Part shown: in pieces, positions 23,953 to 32,770 of the stretch
Layout of the letters: every line of letters starts with the position of its first letter
How positions within the stretch are numbered: position 1 is the stretch's first letter
Source of the DNA: an uncultured Acidimicrobiales bacterium
Lineage (GTDB): Bacteria > Actinomycetota > Acidimicrobiia > Acidimicrobiales > Iamiaceae
Length of the DNA: 40,289 nt
NCBI GenBank assembly: GCA_937926025.1
Contig: CALANQ010000394.1
Coordinates: forward strand, 1-40,289
Direction: 5' to 3'
Notes under the pieces: model-generated
Told to the model about the DNA's origin: nothing
The model's database searches: none
The model's input: the letters and a program-made list of their open reading frames with translations, nothing else
Program-made: the position numbers and the translations under genes

Positions 23953-25410
23953 GTGACCGTGTACCTCGTGGGCGCTGGCCCCGGTGATCCTGGGCTGCTC
24001 ACCGTGCGGGGGGCGGAGCTGCTGGCCCAGGCCGACGTGGTGGTGCACGACCGCCTGTCCGCTGCCGAGCTGCTCGATCTGGCACCCGACCACGCCGAGC
24101 GCATCGATGTCGGCAAGGCCCCCAAGGCCCACCGCATGACCCAGGACCAGATCACCGCCCTGCTGGTGGAGCGGGGCCTGGCCGGCCAGACCGTGGTGCG
24201 GCTCAAGGGCGGCGACCCGTTCGTGTTCGCCCGGGGCAGCGAGGAGGCGGCCGCGCTGGCCGCCGCCGGCGTGCCCTTCGAGGTCGTGCCCGGCATCACG
24301 TCGGCCCTCGCGGTGCCGGCCTACGCCGGCATTCCCGTCACCCAGCGGTTCTCGTCGACGTCGTTCACGGTGGTCACCGGCCACGAGGATCCGTCCAGCG
24401 GCGACGGCACCGTCGACTGGGACGCCGTCGCCCGCGTCGGGGGCACCATCGTCATCCTCATGGGCGTGGGCCGGTGGCCGCAGATCGCCGCCCGGCTCAT
24501 CGCCGCCGGCCGCTCGCCCGACGCGCCCGCTGCCGCCGTCCGCTGGGGCACCCGACCCGACCAGCACACCACCCGGGCCACGCTCGCCACCCTCGGCGAC
24601 CACGATCTGGCGGCGCCGTCGGTCATCGTCGTGGGCGGGGTGGCGGCCGAGGAGCTGGACTGGTTCACCACCCGGCCCTTGTTCGGCCGGTCGGTCGTGG
24701 TGACCCGGGCGCGGGCCCAGGCCTCGGCGCTGAGCAGCGCCCTGCGCACCCTCGGGGCCGAGGTGGTCGAGGCCCCGGCCATCGAGATCACCGACCCCGA
24801 CGACGGCGGTGCCGCGCTGCGGGCCGCCGTCGCCGACCTCGCGTCGTACGACTGGCTCGTCGTCACCTCGCCCAACGGCGTGGCCCGCACGTTCGAGCAC
24901 ATCCCCGACGCCCGCGCCCTGGCCCGGACCCAGGTCGCCGCCGTCGGCTCGGGCACCGCTGCGGCGCTGGCCCGCCACCGCATCACCGCCGACCTCGTGC
25001 CGGCGTCGTTCGTGGGCGATGCCCTGCTCGACGCGTTCCCCGCACCCCCCGAGGCCGGCGGTCGGGTGCTGCTGGCCCGGGCCGCCGTCGCCCGCGACGT
25101 CCTGCCCGACGGGCTGCGGGCCGCCGGGTGGGGTGTCGACGTGGTCGACGCCTACCGCACCCGCCCGGTGCCGGTGACCGGTGCCCAGGCGGAGGCCGTG
25201 GCCGCCGCCGACGCCGTCACCTTCGCCTCGTCGTCCAGCGTCGCCAACCTGGTCGATGCGGTCGGTCGCGACGGCATCCCCGCGGTGATCGCGTCGATCG
25301 GCCCGGTCACCTCCGACGCCGTCCGCGACCACGGGCTGGCCGTCACCGCCGAGGCCGACCCGCACACCATCGACGGCCTCGTCGCCGCCGTCCTGGCCGC
25401 TCTGGCCTGA
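23953..25410 (+). CDS. cobA: Uroporphyrinogen-III C-methyltransferase fused to uroporphyrinogen-III synthase (CobA-HemD)
   Basis: VYLVGAGPGDPGLLT, DVGK, RLKGGDPFVFARGSEE, VPGITS, GIPVT, ILMG; then PLFGRSVVVTRARAQA, VTSPNGV, AVGSGT, AYRT, FASSSSV, SIGPVT. Confidence 0.95.
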   Translation: MTVYLVGAGPGDPGLLTVRGAELLAQADVVVHDRLSAAELLDLAPDHAERIDVGKAPKAHRMTQDQITALLVERGLAGQTVVRLKGGDPFVFARGSEEAAALAAAGVPFEVVPGITSALAVPAYAGIPVTQRFSSTSFTVVTGHEDPSSGDGTVDWDAVARVGGTIVILMGVGRWPQIAARLIAAGRSPDAPAAAVRWGTRPDQHTTRATLATLGDHDLAAPSVIVVGGVAAEELDWFTTRPLFGRSVVVTRARAQASALSSALRTLGAEVVEAPAIEITDPDDGGAALRAAVADLASYDWLVVTSPNGVARTFEHIPDARALARTQVAAVGSGTAAALARHRITADLVPASFVGDALLDAFPAPPEAGGRVLLARAAVARDVLPDGLRAAGWGVDVVDAYRTRPVPVTGAQAEAVAAADAVTFASSSSVANLVDAVGRDGIPAVIASIGPVTSDAVRDHGLAVTAEADPHTIDGLVAAVLAALA

Positions 25411-25440
25411 CCCTCGTCAGGTCTCTGCCAGACTCGACCC

Positions 25441-26370
25441 ATGCCCGGTCCGACGCTCGACGACCTGCCCGACGGCATCGTGGTGGCACCCGAGGTGGCC
25501 GAGGCGCTCGGCGCCGGCGGCGCCGTCGTGGCCCTCGAGTCCACGATCATCTCCCACGGCCTGCCCCGCCCCACCAACCTCGACGTGGCCCGCCAGATCG
25601 AGGGTGCCGTCCGGGACCAGGGCGCGGTGCCGGCCACCATCGCCATCGTCGACGGGATCATCCGCATCGGGCTCGACGATGCCGCGCTGGCCGTCATCGC
25701 CGGGTCGGATGAGGTCGTGAAGGCCAGCGTGCGAGACCTCGCCGTGGTCGTCGCGGCCAAGGGGCACGGCGCCACCACGGTCGCCTCCACCGCGGAGCTG
25801 GCCGCTCGGGTCGGCATCGGCGTCTTCGCCACCGGCGGCCTCGGGGGCGTGCACCGAGGCGCGGCGGACAGCTTCGACGAGTCCGCCGACCTCACCACCC
25901 TCGGCGCCACGCCCATCACCGTGGTCTCCGCCGGCGTGAAGTCCATCCTCGACGTGGCCGCCACGCTCGAGCGGCTGGAGACCCTCAACGTCACGGTCGT
26001 CGGGTACGGCACCGACCGCTTCCCCGGCTTCTACCTGGCCGACTCCGGGCACGCCGTGCCGCACCGGGTCGATTCGCCGGACGAGGTGGCGGCGGTCATG
26101 GCGGCTCGCCGCACCATCGGCTCCACGGCCGCCCTCCTGGTGGCCAACCCGCTGCCCGAGGACCGACAGGTCGACCCGGTCCTGCACGACCGGGTGCTCA
26201 CCGACGGCCTCGACGCCGCCACCGCCGCCGGGGTCACCGGCAAGGACGTCACCCCGTTCCTGCTCGCCCACTTCCACGAGGCGTCCGGCGGCGAGAGCCT
26301 GCGGGCCAACACCGAGATCATCCTCGCCAACGCCGCCCTGGCCGGCCGGATCGCGGTGGCGGCGGCATGA
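25441..26370 (+). CDS. psuG: Pseudouridine-5'-phosphate glycosidase
   Basis: VVALESTIISHGLP, PATIA, GATTVAST, FATGGLGGVHRG, DESADL, AGVKSILD, GKDVTPFLL. Confidence 0.96.
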   Translation: MPGPTLDDLPDGIVVAPEVAEALGAGGAVVALESTIISHGLPRPTNLDVARQIEGAVRDQGAVPATIAIVDGIIRIGLDDAALAVIAGSDEVVKASVRDLAVVVAAKGHGATTVASTAELAARVGIGVFATGGLGGVHRGAADSFDESADLTTLGATPITVVSAGVKSILDVAATLERLETLNVTVVGYGTDRFPGFYLADSGHAVPHRVDSPDEVAAVMAARRTIGSTAALLVANPLPEDRQVDPVLHDRVLTDGLDAATAAGVTGKDVTPFLLAHFHEASGGESLRANTEIILANAALAGRIAVAAA

Positions 26371-27257
26371 GCGACGTGAGCGGCCCGAGCCACGTGCTGG
26401 TCGTCGGCGACCTCATGGTCGACGTGGTGGTGGCGCACAAGGACCCCATCGCCGTCGGCAGCGACACCCCCGCCCGCGTCACCATCAACGGGGGCGGCTC
26501 GGCGGCCAACACGGCGTGCTGGCTGGCGTCGCTGGGCGAGGCGCCGCAGCTGATGGCCGCCCGGGGCGACGATGCCTTCGGTGCCATGGCCGCCGCCGAC
26601 CTCGACGACGCCGGCGTCGCCTTCGTCGGCCCGGTGCTGGACCAGTACCCCACGGGCACGTGCGTCGTGCTGGTCGGCGCCGACGGCGAACGGTCCATGC
26701 TCCCGGACCGCGGTGCCAACGACCGGCTGCCGATGTCCGCCATCGTGGGCGGGCTCGACCCCATGCCGGGGTGGGTCCACCTGTCGGGCTACGCCATCCT
26801 CCACGAGGGGTCCCGCAACGCCGGGCGCGCCGCCCTGTCGGCCGGGCTGGCCGGCGGGGCGGTGGTGTCGGTCGATGCCGCCAGCACCGCGCCCATCCGG
26901 GCCGTGGGCGCCGAGGCCTTCCTCAACTGGATCGACGGCGCCTCCATCGTCTTCGCCAACGACGAGGAGATCGAGGCCCTCGGTGGCGTGTGGGCCGTGC
27001 TGGAGCACGTCGACGCCGTGGCCGTGAAGCACGGGGCCGCCGGGGCCACTTGGACCGACGGCGCCGAGACCGTCACTGCCGAGGGGTTCCCGGTGGACAT
27101 GGTCGACACCACCGGAGCCGGCGACGCCTTCTCCGCCGGATGGATCGCGTCGGTGCGGCGGGGCAGCGATCCGCAGGCCGCGCTGGCCGACGCCGTGCAC
27201 GCCGGGGCCACCGCCGTCACCCACCCCGGTGCCCGCCCGGTCCGGTCGGAGCCGTGA
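26367..27257 (+). CDS. PfkB-family carbohydrate kinase, probable pseudouridine kinase
   Basis: VVGDLMVD, GGSAANTA, TGTCVV, HLSGY, ANDEE, VDTTGAGDAF; ATGA-coupled to psuG. Confidence 0.85.
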   Translation: MSDVSGPSHVLVVGDLMVDVVVAHKDPIAVGSDTPARVTINGGGSAANTACWLASLGEAPQLMAARGDDAFGAMAAADLDDAGVAFVGPVLDQYPTGTCVVLVGADGERSMLPDRGANDRLPMSAIVGGLDPMPGWVHLSGYAILHEGSRNAGRAALSAGLAGGAVVSVDAASTAPIRAVGAEAFLNWIDGASIVFANDEEIEALGGVWAVLEHVDAVAVKHGAAGATWTDGAETVTAEGFPVDMVDTTGAGDAFSAGWIASVRRGSDPQAALADAVHAGATAVTHPGARPVRSEP

Positions 27258-27919
27258 CGGGCGCCCTGCCCGACGCCGTCATCTTCGACTTCGACGGCAC
27301 CATCTTCGACAGCGAGACGCCCATCTACCAGGCCTACGCCGCCGCCCTGGCCGAGCTGGGCCTGGACCTGACGGTCGCCGGCTTCGCCTCCATGGTCGGC
27401 CACGCCGAGGACGAGTCGCACCGCGCCCTGTGCCGGGCCGTCGGCGCCGAGGTCGACCGCGACGACCTCGAGGAGCGCTACGCCCGCCAGGACCGCTCGT
27501 GGCGCGACACGCTGCCGGCGCTTCCCGGCGTGGAGGCGCTGCTGGGGGAGCTCACCGCCGCGGGCGTCCCGCTGGGCATCGCATCCAGCTCGCCCGAGTC
27601 CTGGGTCGAGACGCACCTCGTGCGCCTCGGGCTCCGCGAGCACTTCGCCGTCATCGCCTCCCGCGACCAGGTCGAGGGGCGGGGCAAGCCCGACCCGGCG
27701 TCGTACCGCTACGCCACCCAGCACCTGGGCGCCGACCCGGCCCGCACCATCGCCATCGAGGACTCCAACCCGGGCATCACCGCGGCCGTCGCCGCCGGCC
27801 TCACCGTGGTGGTGATCCCTAGCGAGATCACCCAGCACACCGACCTCCGGGCCGCCCACCACACCGTGGCCACCATGGAGCACCTCGACCTGGAGGCCCT
27901 CACCGCCCTCCTCCCCTGA
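27254..27919 (+). CDS. HAD-superfamily phosphatase (subfamily IA)
   Basis: VIFDFDGTIFDSE, LPGV, IASSS, GKPDP, IEDSNPG; GTGA-coupled to the kinase. Confidence 0.9.
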   Translation: MTGALPDAVIFDFDGTIFDSETPIYQAYAAALAELGLDLTVAGFASMVGHAEDESHRALCRAVGAEVDRDDLEERYARQDRSWRDTLPALPGVEALLGELTAAGVPLGIASSSPESWVETHLVRLGLREHFAVIASRDQVEGRGKPDPASYRYATQHLGADPARTIAIEDSNPGITAAVAAGLTVVVIPSEITQHTDLRAAHHTVATMEHLDLEALTALLP

Positions 27920-27931
27920 CCGGGGGCGGCG

Positions 27932-30718
27932 TCAGCCCGGGTGGCGGAGGGACCAGGCGGCGGCTTCGGTCCTCGACGAGACGCCGAGCTTGGCGAGGAT
28001 GTTCGACACGTGGACCGCGGCGGTGCGCGGGGAGATGTAGAGGCGCTCGGCCACCTCGGCGTTGGACAGACCCTCGGCCACCAGGTCCAGCACCTCTCGC
28101 TCGCGGGGTGTGAGGCCGTCGGCACCGGTGGCCGACGGGTTGGAGCGGGAGGCGAACCGGCGCTGGAGCGCGTCGGCGGCGTCGCGGCGGCGGCCGGGCC
28201 AGCGGGCGAGCAGGTCGGTGGCCCGGGCGGCGTGCTGCTCGGCCTGGTCGGTGCGGCCCAGCTCCAGCTGCGCACGGGCGACGGCCAGGTGGTCGGTGGC
28301 GCGGTACGGCGCGGGCAGGGGGTAGGCCTCGTCCTCATCGGCGATGACCGCGAGGAGGCGCTCGAGGCCAGCCTCGGTGCGGCCCTCGGCCAGCTCGATG
28401 TGGCCGAGGAACCGGTTGCGGGCCACCTCCACCACCGGAGACTCGAACCCCCAGATCCGGCGCAGGGACTCGGCCAGCATGCGCCCGTCGGCGGGGGAGA
28501 ACCCGGGCTCGCCCACCAGCGTCATCACCGCGCCGAACGAGTCCGCATCGAGCCCGTCGACCGCCGCCTTGTCGCGGAGCCAGGCGATCTGGGCCGCCGC
28601 CGCGTCGAGGTCGCCGGCCACCACGGCGAGGGCCAGCTTCACGGACGCCAGCATCTCGGTCTTCTCGCGGGTGACCTCGCCGAGGCTCTCGAGCACGTGC
28701 GCGGCCGAGGCCGTGTCGCCGACCTCGAGGTGGAGCAGCGCCTGGTTCATGTCGGCCCAGCCCGAGAGCCCGGCAGGCCGGGCCGCCTCGAGCTCGTGGT
28801 CGTCGAGCATCCACGCGTCGGCCTCGGCCCGGTCGCCTTCGAACAGCGCCATGTCGAACCGGCCGTGCACGTAGGACAGCCGACCCTCGGGCATCCAGCC
28901 GGCCCGCTCGGCGGCGGCCAGCATCTTGTCGTAGGCGGCGAGCCGCTCGTCGTGGGAGAGGAGCCCGATGGCCGAGTGGGCGGCGTTGCCCCACGCCCGC
29001 GACGCCATGAAGTCCTCGCCCGCGGCCGACGCCTCCTCGGCCACGGCGAGCAGCGAGCGGATGGTGGCCAGCGGCTCCCGCCTCCGGTTGATCATCACGC
29101 TGCCCTGCTCGACCAGCGCAGCGCGGCGCACGTGCGGGACGTCGTTGCGCTCCGCCGCCGCGATGGCCTGTCCCGCCCAGTCCAAGACGGCGTCGAGGTC
29201 GTTGGAGAGCATCGCCTGCTGGGCCAGCACACCGAGCACCTCGGTGCGCTCGGGTCCATCGGGCAGCTCGTCGAGGCTGGCGGTGAGCGTGGCTCGGGTC
29301 CGAGCCAGATCGTCGTCTCGCCCGGCCTCCCAGTAGAGGCGAGCGAGCGCCCGGTCGGCGCGGGAGGTCAGCTCGAGGTCGTCGGCGGCGACCGCGAGGG
29401 CCCGGAGCCGTTCGCCGTGCTCGATGGCGTCGGGGTAGAGGCTGGCCAGCCACGCCGCCCGAGCCGCCGATGCCCGGAGGGCGACGTCGTCGCAGGCCTC
29501 GGTGAGGCCGAGCTCCGCCAGCTGCAGCGCCTGGTACGTGGACCCGATGGCCAGGTAGTGCTCCGCACCGCGCCGGGCGAGGTCCACCATCTCGTCGGTC
29601 CGGCCAGCATCCTGGGCGTGGTGGGCCATGGTGGCGAAGCTGTGGCTGTCGGCGGCGACGAGCGCGTCGAGCGCGGCCTGGTGGATGCGGCGGTGCTCCC
29701 GGCCGAGGAGGCGCTGCTGGATGGCCTCCCGGGTGAGGTCGTGACGGAAGCCGAACACATCGGGCTCCACCTCGGCGAGCAGGCCCCGGGTGATCAGGTC
29801 GCGGAGCACGGTGATCAGCTCGTCCTCGTCGAGCCCGGTGACCGCGGCCAGCACGTCGAACGTGACCCGTCGTCCGAGCACGGCCGCGGTCTCGATGACA
29901 CGGCGGGCGCCGGGGTCCAGGTCGTCGACCTGGTTGTGCACCGCCTCGGCCAGGTTCCACGGCAGGGGCGCGGTGGCCAGGTCGTCGAGGGCGACGCCGC
30001 CGGATGCCAGCAGCAGCTCCTCCAGGAAGAACGGGTTGCCGCCGCTGCGGGTGGCGAGCGCCTCGGTGACCCGGTGCGAGGGTCGGTTGCCGTAGACGGC
30101 GGTGAGGAACGCCGACACGTCGGCCTCGGTGAACCGGTCGATGCGGAGGTGGACCGCGTTGGGACGGCGCTCGAGCCGGGGGAGCGCCTCGGTGAGGGGG
30201 TGGCGGCGGGTGAGCTCGCTCGGGCGGTACGTGCCGACGACCGAGCAGGCGGACGATGAGGTGGCCACCTGCTCGAAGAGGGCGATGCTCTCGGAGTCCG
30301 CCCAGTGGAGGTCCTCGAACACGAGGACGGCGGGGCGGCCGTCGACCACCTGGTCGAGCAGGTCGCGGGCCAGCCGGGTGCGGTCGGCGAGGGAGCCCTG
30401 CCCGGTATCGGCGGCCGGGTCGTCGGCGGCGCGCAGGCGGGCGACGCGCTCATCGCCGCCCAGCCGGGCGCCGAGGGCGTCGAGGAACAGGCCGAAGGGG
30501 TGGCCGAGCCCGCCGGGCTCGGCCTGGCCGGCCACGACGAGCACGTCGGGACCGAGCCGCTCGCGCAGCTCCTCGACCAGGCGGGACTTGCCGATGCCGG
30601 CCTCGCCCCCGATCAGGACGATGCCGGGTCCGGGTCCGGCCAGCGCGTCCAGCAGCCGGTCGAGCTGCTCGGCCCGACCGACCATCACGGGGCTGAGGCC
30701 CCGGCGTCCGACCTGCAT
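27932..30718 (-). CDS. Large AAA-ATPase / LuxR-family HTH transcriptional regulator
   Basis: MVGRAEQL, GGEAGIGKSRL (Walker A), VFEDLHWAD (Walker B), GGNPFFLEE, FRHDL, C-terminal LTPREREVLDLVAEGLSNAEVAERLYISPRTAAVHVSNILAKLG. TACGCT -10 6 nt before ATG 30718. Confidence 0.93.
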   Translation of the reverse strand: MQVGRRGLSPVMVGRAEQLDRLLDALAGPGPGIVLIGGEAGIGKSRLVEELRERLGPDVLVVAGQAEPGGLGHPFGLFLDALGARLGGDERVARLRAADDPAADTGQGSLADRTRLARDLLDQVVDGRPAVLVFEDLHWADSESIALFEQVATSSSACSVVGTYRPSELTRRHPLTEALPRLERRPNAVHLRIDRFTEADVSAFLTAVYGNRPSHRVTEALATRSGGNPFFLEELLLASGGVALDDLATAPLPWNLAEAVHNQVDDLDPGARRVIETAAVLGRRVTFDVLAAVTGLDEDELITVLRDLITRGLLAEVEPDVFGFRHDLTREAIQQRLLGREHRRIHQAALDALVAADSHSFATMAHHAQDAGRTDEMVDLARRGAEHYLAIGSTYQALQLAELGLTEACDDVALRASAARAAWLASLYPDAIEHGERLRALAVAADDLELTSRADRALARLYWEAGRDDDLARTRATLTASLDELPDGPERTEVLGVLAQQAMLSNDLDAVLDWAGQAIAAAERNDVPHVRRAALVEQGSVMINRRREPLATIRSLLAVAEEASAAGEDFMASRAWGNAAHSAIGLLSHDERLAAYDKMLAAAERAGWMPEGRLSYVHGRFDMALFEGDRAEADAWMLDDHELEAARPAGLSGWADMNQALLHLEVGDTASAAHVLESLGEVTREKTEMLASVKLALAVVAGDLDAAAAQIAWLRDKAAVDGLDADSFGAVMTLVGEPGFSPADGRMLAESLRRIWGFESPVVEVARNRFLGHIELAEGRTEAGLERLLAVIADEDEAYPLPAPYRATDHLAVARAQLELGRTDQAEQHAARATDLLARWPGRRRDAADALQRRFASRSNPSATGADGLTPREREVLDLVAEGLSNAEVAERLYISPRTAAVHVSNILAKLGVSSRTEAAAWSLRHPG

Positions 30719-30783
30719 GCTGCGAGCGTACCGATCGGCTCCGAGCTGGCGGCCGGGGTCCGGGGACGCGCCGGCCGCCAGCA

Positions 30784-30948
30784 CTAGTAGGGGCGCTGCA
30801 TGCGGGTGGTGGCCCGCTGGCTGGGCATGCGGCTCCCGTGGCCGGCGCTGGTGCGGTGGCCCTCGTACAGATCGGCGCGGCGACCCCACGAGGTCCGGTC
30901 GGGAGCGGGACGGATCGAGCGGATCCGGTTCAGCAGCGTGCGGTTCAT
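30784..30948 (-). CDS. Small Arg-rich hypothetical protein (54 aa)
   Basis: Strong AGGAGG ribosome-binding site 7 nt before ATG 30948 (MNRTLLNRIRSIRPAPD...MQRPY); fills an otherwise empty gap. Confidence 0.55.
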   Translation of the reverse strand: MNRTLLNRIRSIRPAPDRTSWGRRADLYEGHRTSAGHGSRMPSQRATTRMQRPY

Positions 30949-31120
30949 CACGATTCCTCCTGTCTCGTCCGGGGCCCGGGGTGGCCATCGGTCCGTGGTG
31001 TGATCGTGCGCCACTGAAGCAGGGGGCCACATCGGTCGCGATGCGTATTTCGCGGAGCGCCGGATGACTAGTCATCGCGCGGCGGTGCGTAGGCGGCCGA
31101 GCAGGCCGCAGGTGCCCAGG

Positions 31121-31528
31121 TCAGGCGAGGGGTGCGCAGACCTCGAGCTCCATGCCGTCGACGTCGCGGAAGAACAGCGACCAGCAGTCGCCGAGCTGCT
31201 GGATCTCGCCGATGTCCGCGCCGGCGGCCTCGAGCCGGCCCCGCACCGCGTCGAGCACCGTGCGGTCGGGGACCGAGAGCCCGAAGTGGTCGATGGCGCC
31301 GCGGGCGCCGATGCGGCGCTGCTCGCCGATGATGTCGTCGGCGGGGACCTCGAAGGCGTTGAGGGCGGCGCCGCCGCCGAGGTCGACGATGGCCATGCGG
31401 GGGTGGTCGCCCTCGGCAGCCATCTCGAACACGACGGGCGCCTCGAACACCTGCAGGTACCAGGCGGTGAAGCGGTCGAGGTCCGTGGTGAGGGTGGCCA
31501 CGTGGTTGAAGCCGTTGGTGATGGTCAT
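31121..31528 (-). CDS. VOC (glyoxalase/bleomycin resistance) family protein
   Basis: GFNHVATLTTDLDR..WY..VF, IDHFGL, SLFFRDVDGMELEV. Confidence 0.92.
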   Translation of the reverse strand: MTITNGFNHVATLTTDLDRFTAWYLQVFEAPVVFEMAAEGDHPRMAIVDLGGGAALNAFEVPADDIIGEQRRIGARGAIDHFGLSVPDRTVLDAVRGRLEAAGADIGEIQQLGDCWSLFFRDVDGMELEVCAPLA

Positions 31529-31558
31529 CGGGGCTACCGTGCTTTCATCTGATCGTGC

Positions 31559-31573
31559 CTCTATTGAATAGAG
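31559..31573. promoter_or_regulatory. AT-rich palindrome CTCTATT-G-AATAGAG between divergent VOC and TetR genes; likely TetR operator
   Basis: Perfect 7-bp arms in a 60-bp divergent intergenic region, flanked by TCATCTGA direct repeats (31545-31552 and 31580-31587). Confidence 0.65.
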
Positions 31574-31588
31574 CGATACTCATCTGAA

Positions 31589-32233
31589 ATGGCTGGACCT
31601 GTCAAGCGCCCCTACGACGGCACCCGTCGCCAAGAGCAGGCCCGTCGCACGCGCGCCCGCATCGTCGGTGCTGCGACCCGCCTGTTCGAGGAGCAGGGCT
31701 ACGGCGCCACGTCCATCGCCGCAGTCGCCGCGGCCGCCGAGGTGTCGCCGCAGACCATCTACGCCGCCTTCGGGTCCAAGCCGGCGCTGCTCGGCGCCGC
31801 CATCGACGTGGCCCTCGCCGGCGACGACGAGCCGATCCCGGTGTTCGACCGGGAGGGCTCGCAGGCCGCGGTCGGCGCGCCCACTCCGGCCGACGCCGCT
31901 CGGGCCTTCGCCCGCAGCGCCACGGCGGTCCTGGCCCGCGCCGGGCGCATCGTCGCCGCCGCCGACGCCGCCGCCCAGACCGACCCGGAGCTCATGGCGA
32001 TGTGCATCGGCGGCCACCAGGGCCGCTACCAGGACTTCCAGCGGACGGCGCAGGCCTTCGAGGCTGCCGGGTTCCTCCGCGCCGGCCTCACCGCCGACGG
32101 CGCCGCCGACCTGATGTGGGCCCTGGCCAGCCCCGACTCCTACCGCGCCTTCACGGTGATCCGGAGCTGGACCACCGAGCAGTTCGAGGCGTGGCTGGTG
32201 GACGCCGTGGGGCGATCGGTGCTCGGGACCTGA
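31589..32233 (+). CDS. TetR/AcrR-family transcriptional regulator
   Basis: RPY..RRQEQARRTRARIVGAA..LF..QGY.ATSIAAVA..AEVSPQTIYAAFGSK. Confidence 0.94.
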   Translation: MAGPVKRPYDGTRRQEQARRTRARIVGAATRLFEEQGYGATSIAAVAAAAEVSPQTIYAAFGSKPALLGAAIDVALAGDDEPIPVFDREGSQAAVGAPTPADAARAFARSATAVLARAGRIVAAADAAAQTDPELMAMCIGGHQGRYQDFQRTAQAFEAAGFLRAGLTADGAADLMWALASPDSYRAFTVIRSWTTEQFEAWLVDAVGRSVLGT

Positions 32234-32282
32234 ACCCACCCGGAGGCGTCTGGATCTCCTCCTGCCGGGGCAACGAGGGGCC

Positions 32283-32723
32283 ATGGACATCTTCGAGGAA
32301 CTGCGCGCCGACCACGAGATCCAGCGGGACCTGATCGCCCGCCTGGTGGAGACCACCGGCGACAGCGAGGAGCGCAAGGCGGTGTTCAGCCGCCTGAGCG
32401 AGGCGCTGGAGGCCCACGCCGCCGCGGAGGAGCGGTACTTCTACGTCCCGCTGATGGAGTCGGACCTCACGCAGGACAAGGCTCGCCACTCGGTGGCCGA
32501 GCACAAGGAGCTCGACGACTTCGTGGAGCAGCTCGAGGAGTACGACCGCACCGCCCCTGCCTGGCTGGAGACGGCACGGGACCTCGAGCACCGCCTCACG
32601 CACCACCTCGACGAGGAGGAGCACGAGGTCTTCCAGCTGGCGGGCAAGGCCCTGACCGAGACCCAGAAGACCGATCTGGCGTCGGAGTACCGGGCGATGA
32701 TGCGGGAGCGGATGGACCCCTGA
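32283..32723 (+). CDS. Hemerythrin/HHE-domain protein
   Basis: DIFEELRADHE, HAAAEERYFY, VAEHKE, HHLDEEEHEVF; GAGGGG ribosome-binding site. Confidence 0.9.
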   Translation: MDIFEELRADHEIQRDLIARLVETTGDSEERKAVFSRLSEALEAHAAAEERYFYVPLMESDLTQDKARHSVAEHKELDDFVEQLEEYDRTAPAWLETARDLEHRLTHHLDEEEHEVFQLAGKALTETQKTDLASEYRAMMRERMDP

Positions 32724-32770
32724 CCTGGTCGTCTTCGGCGCAGCGGGGGCGGCGACCGTAGGCTGAGGCG

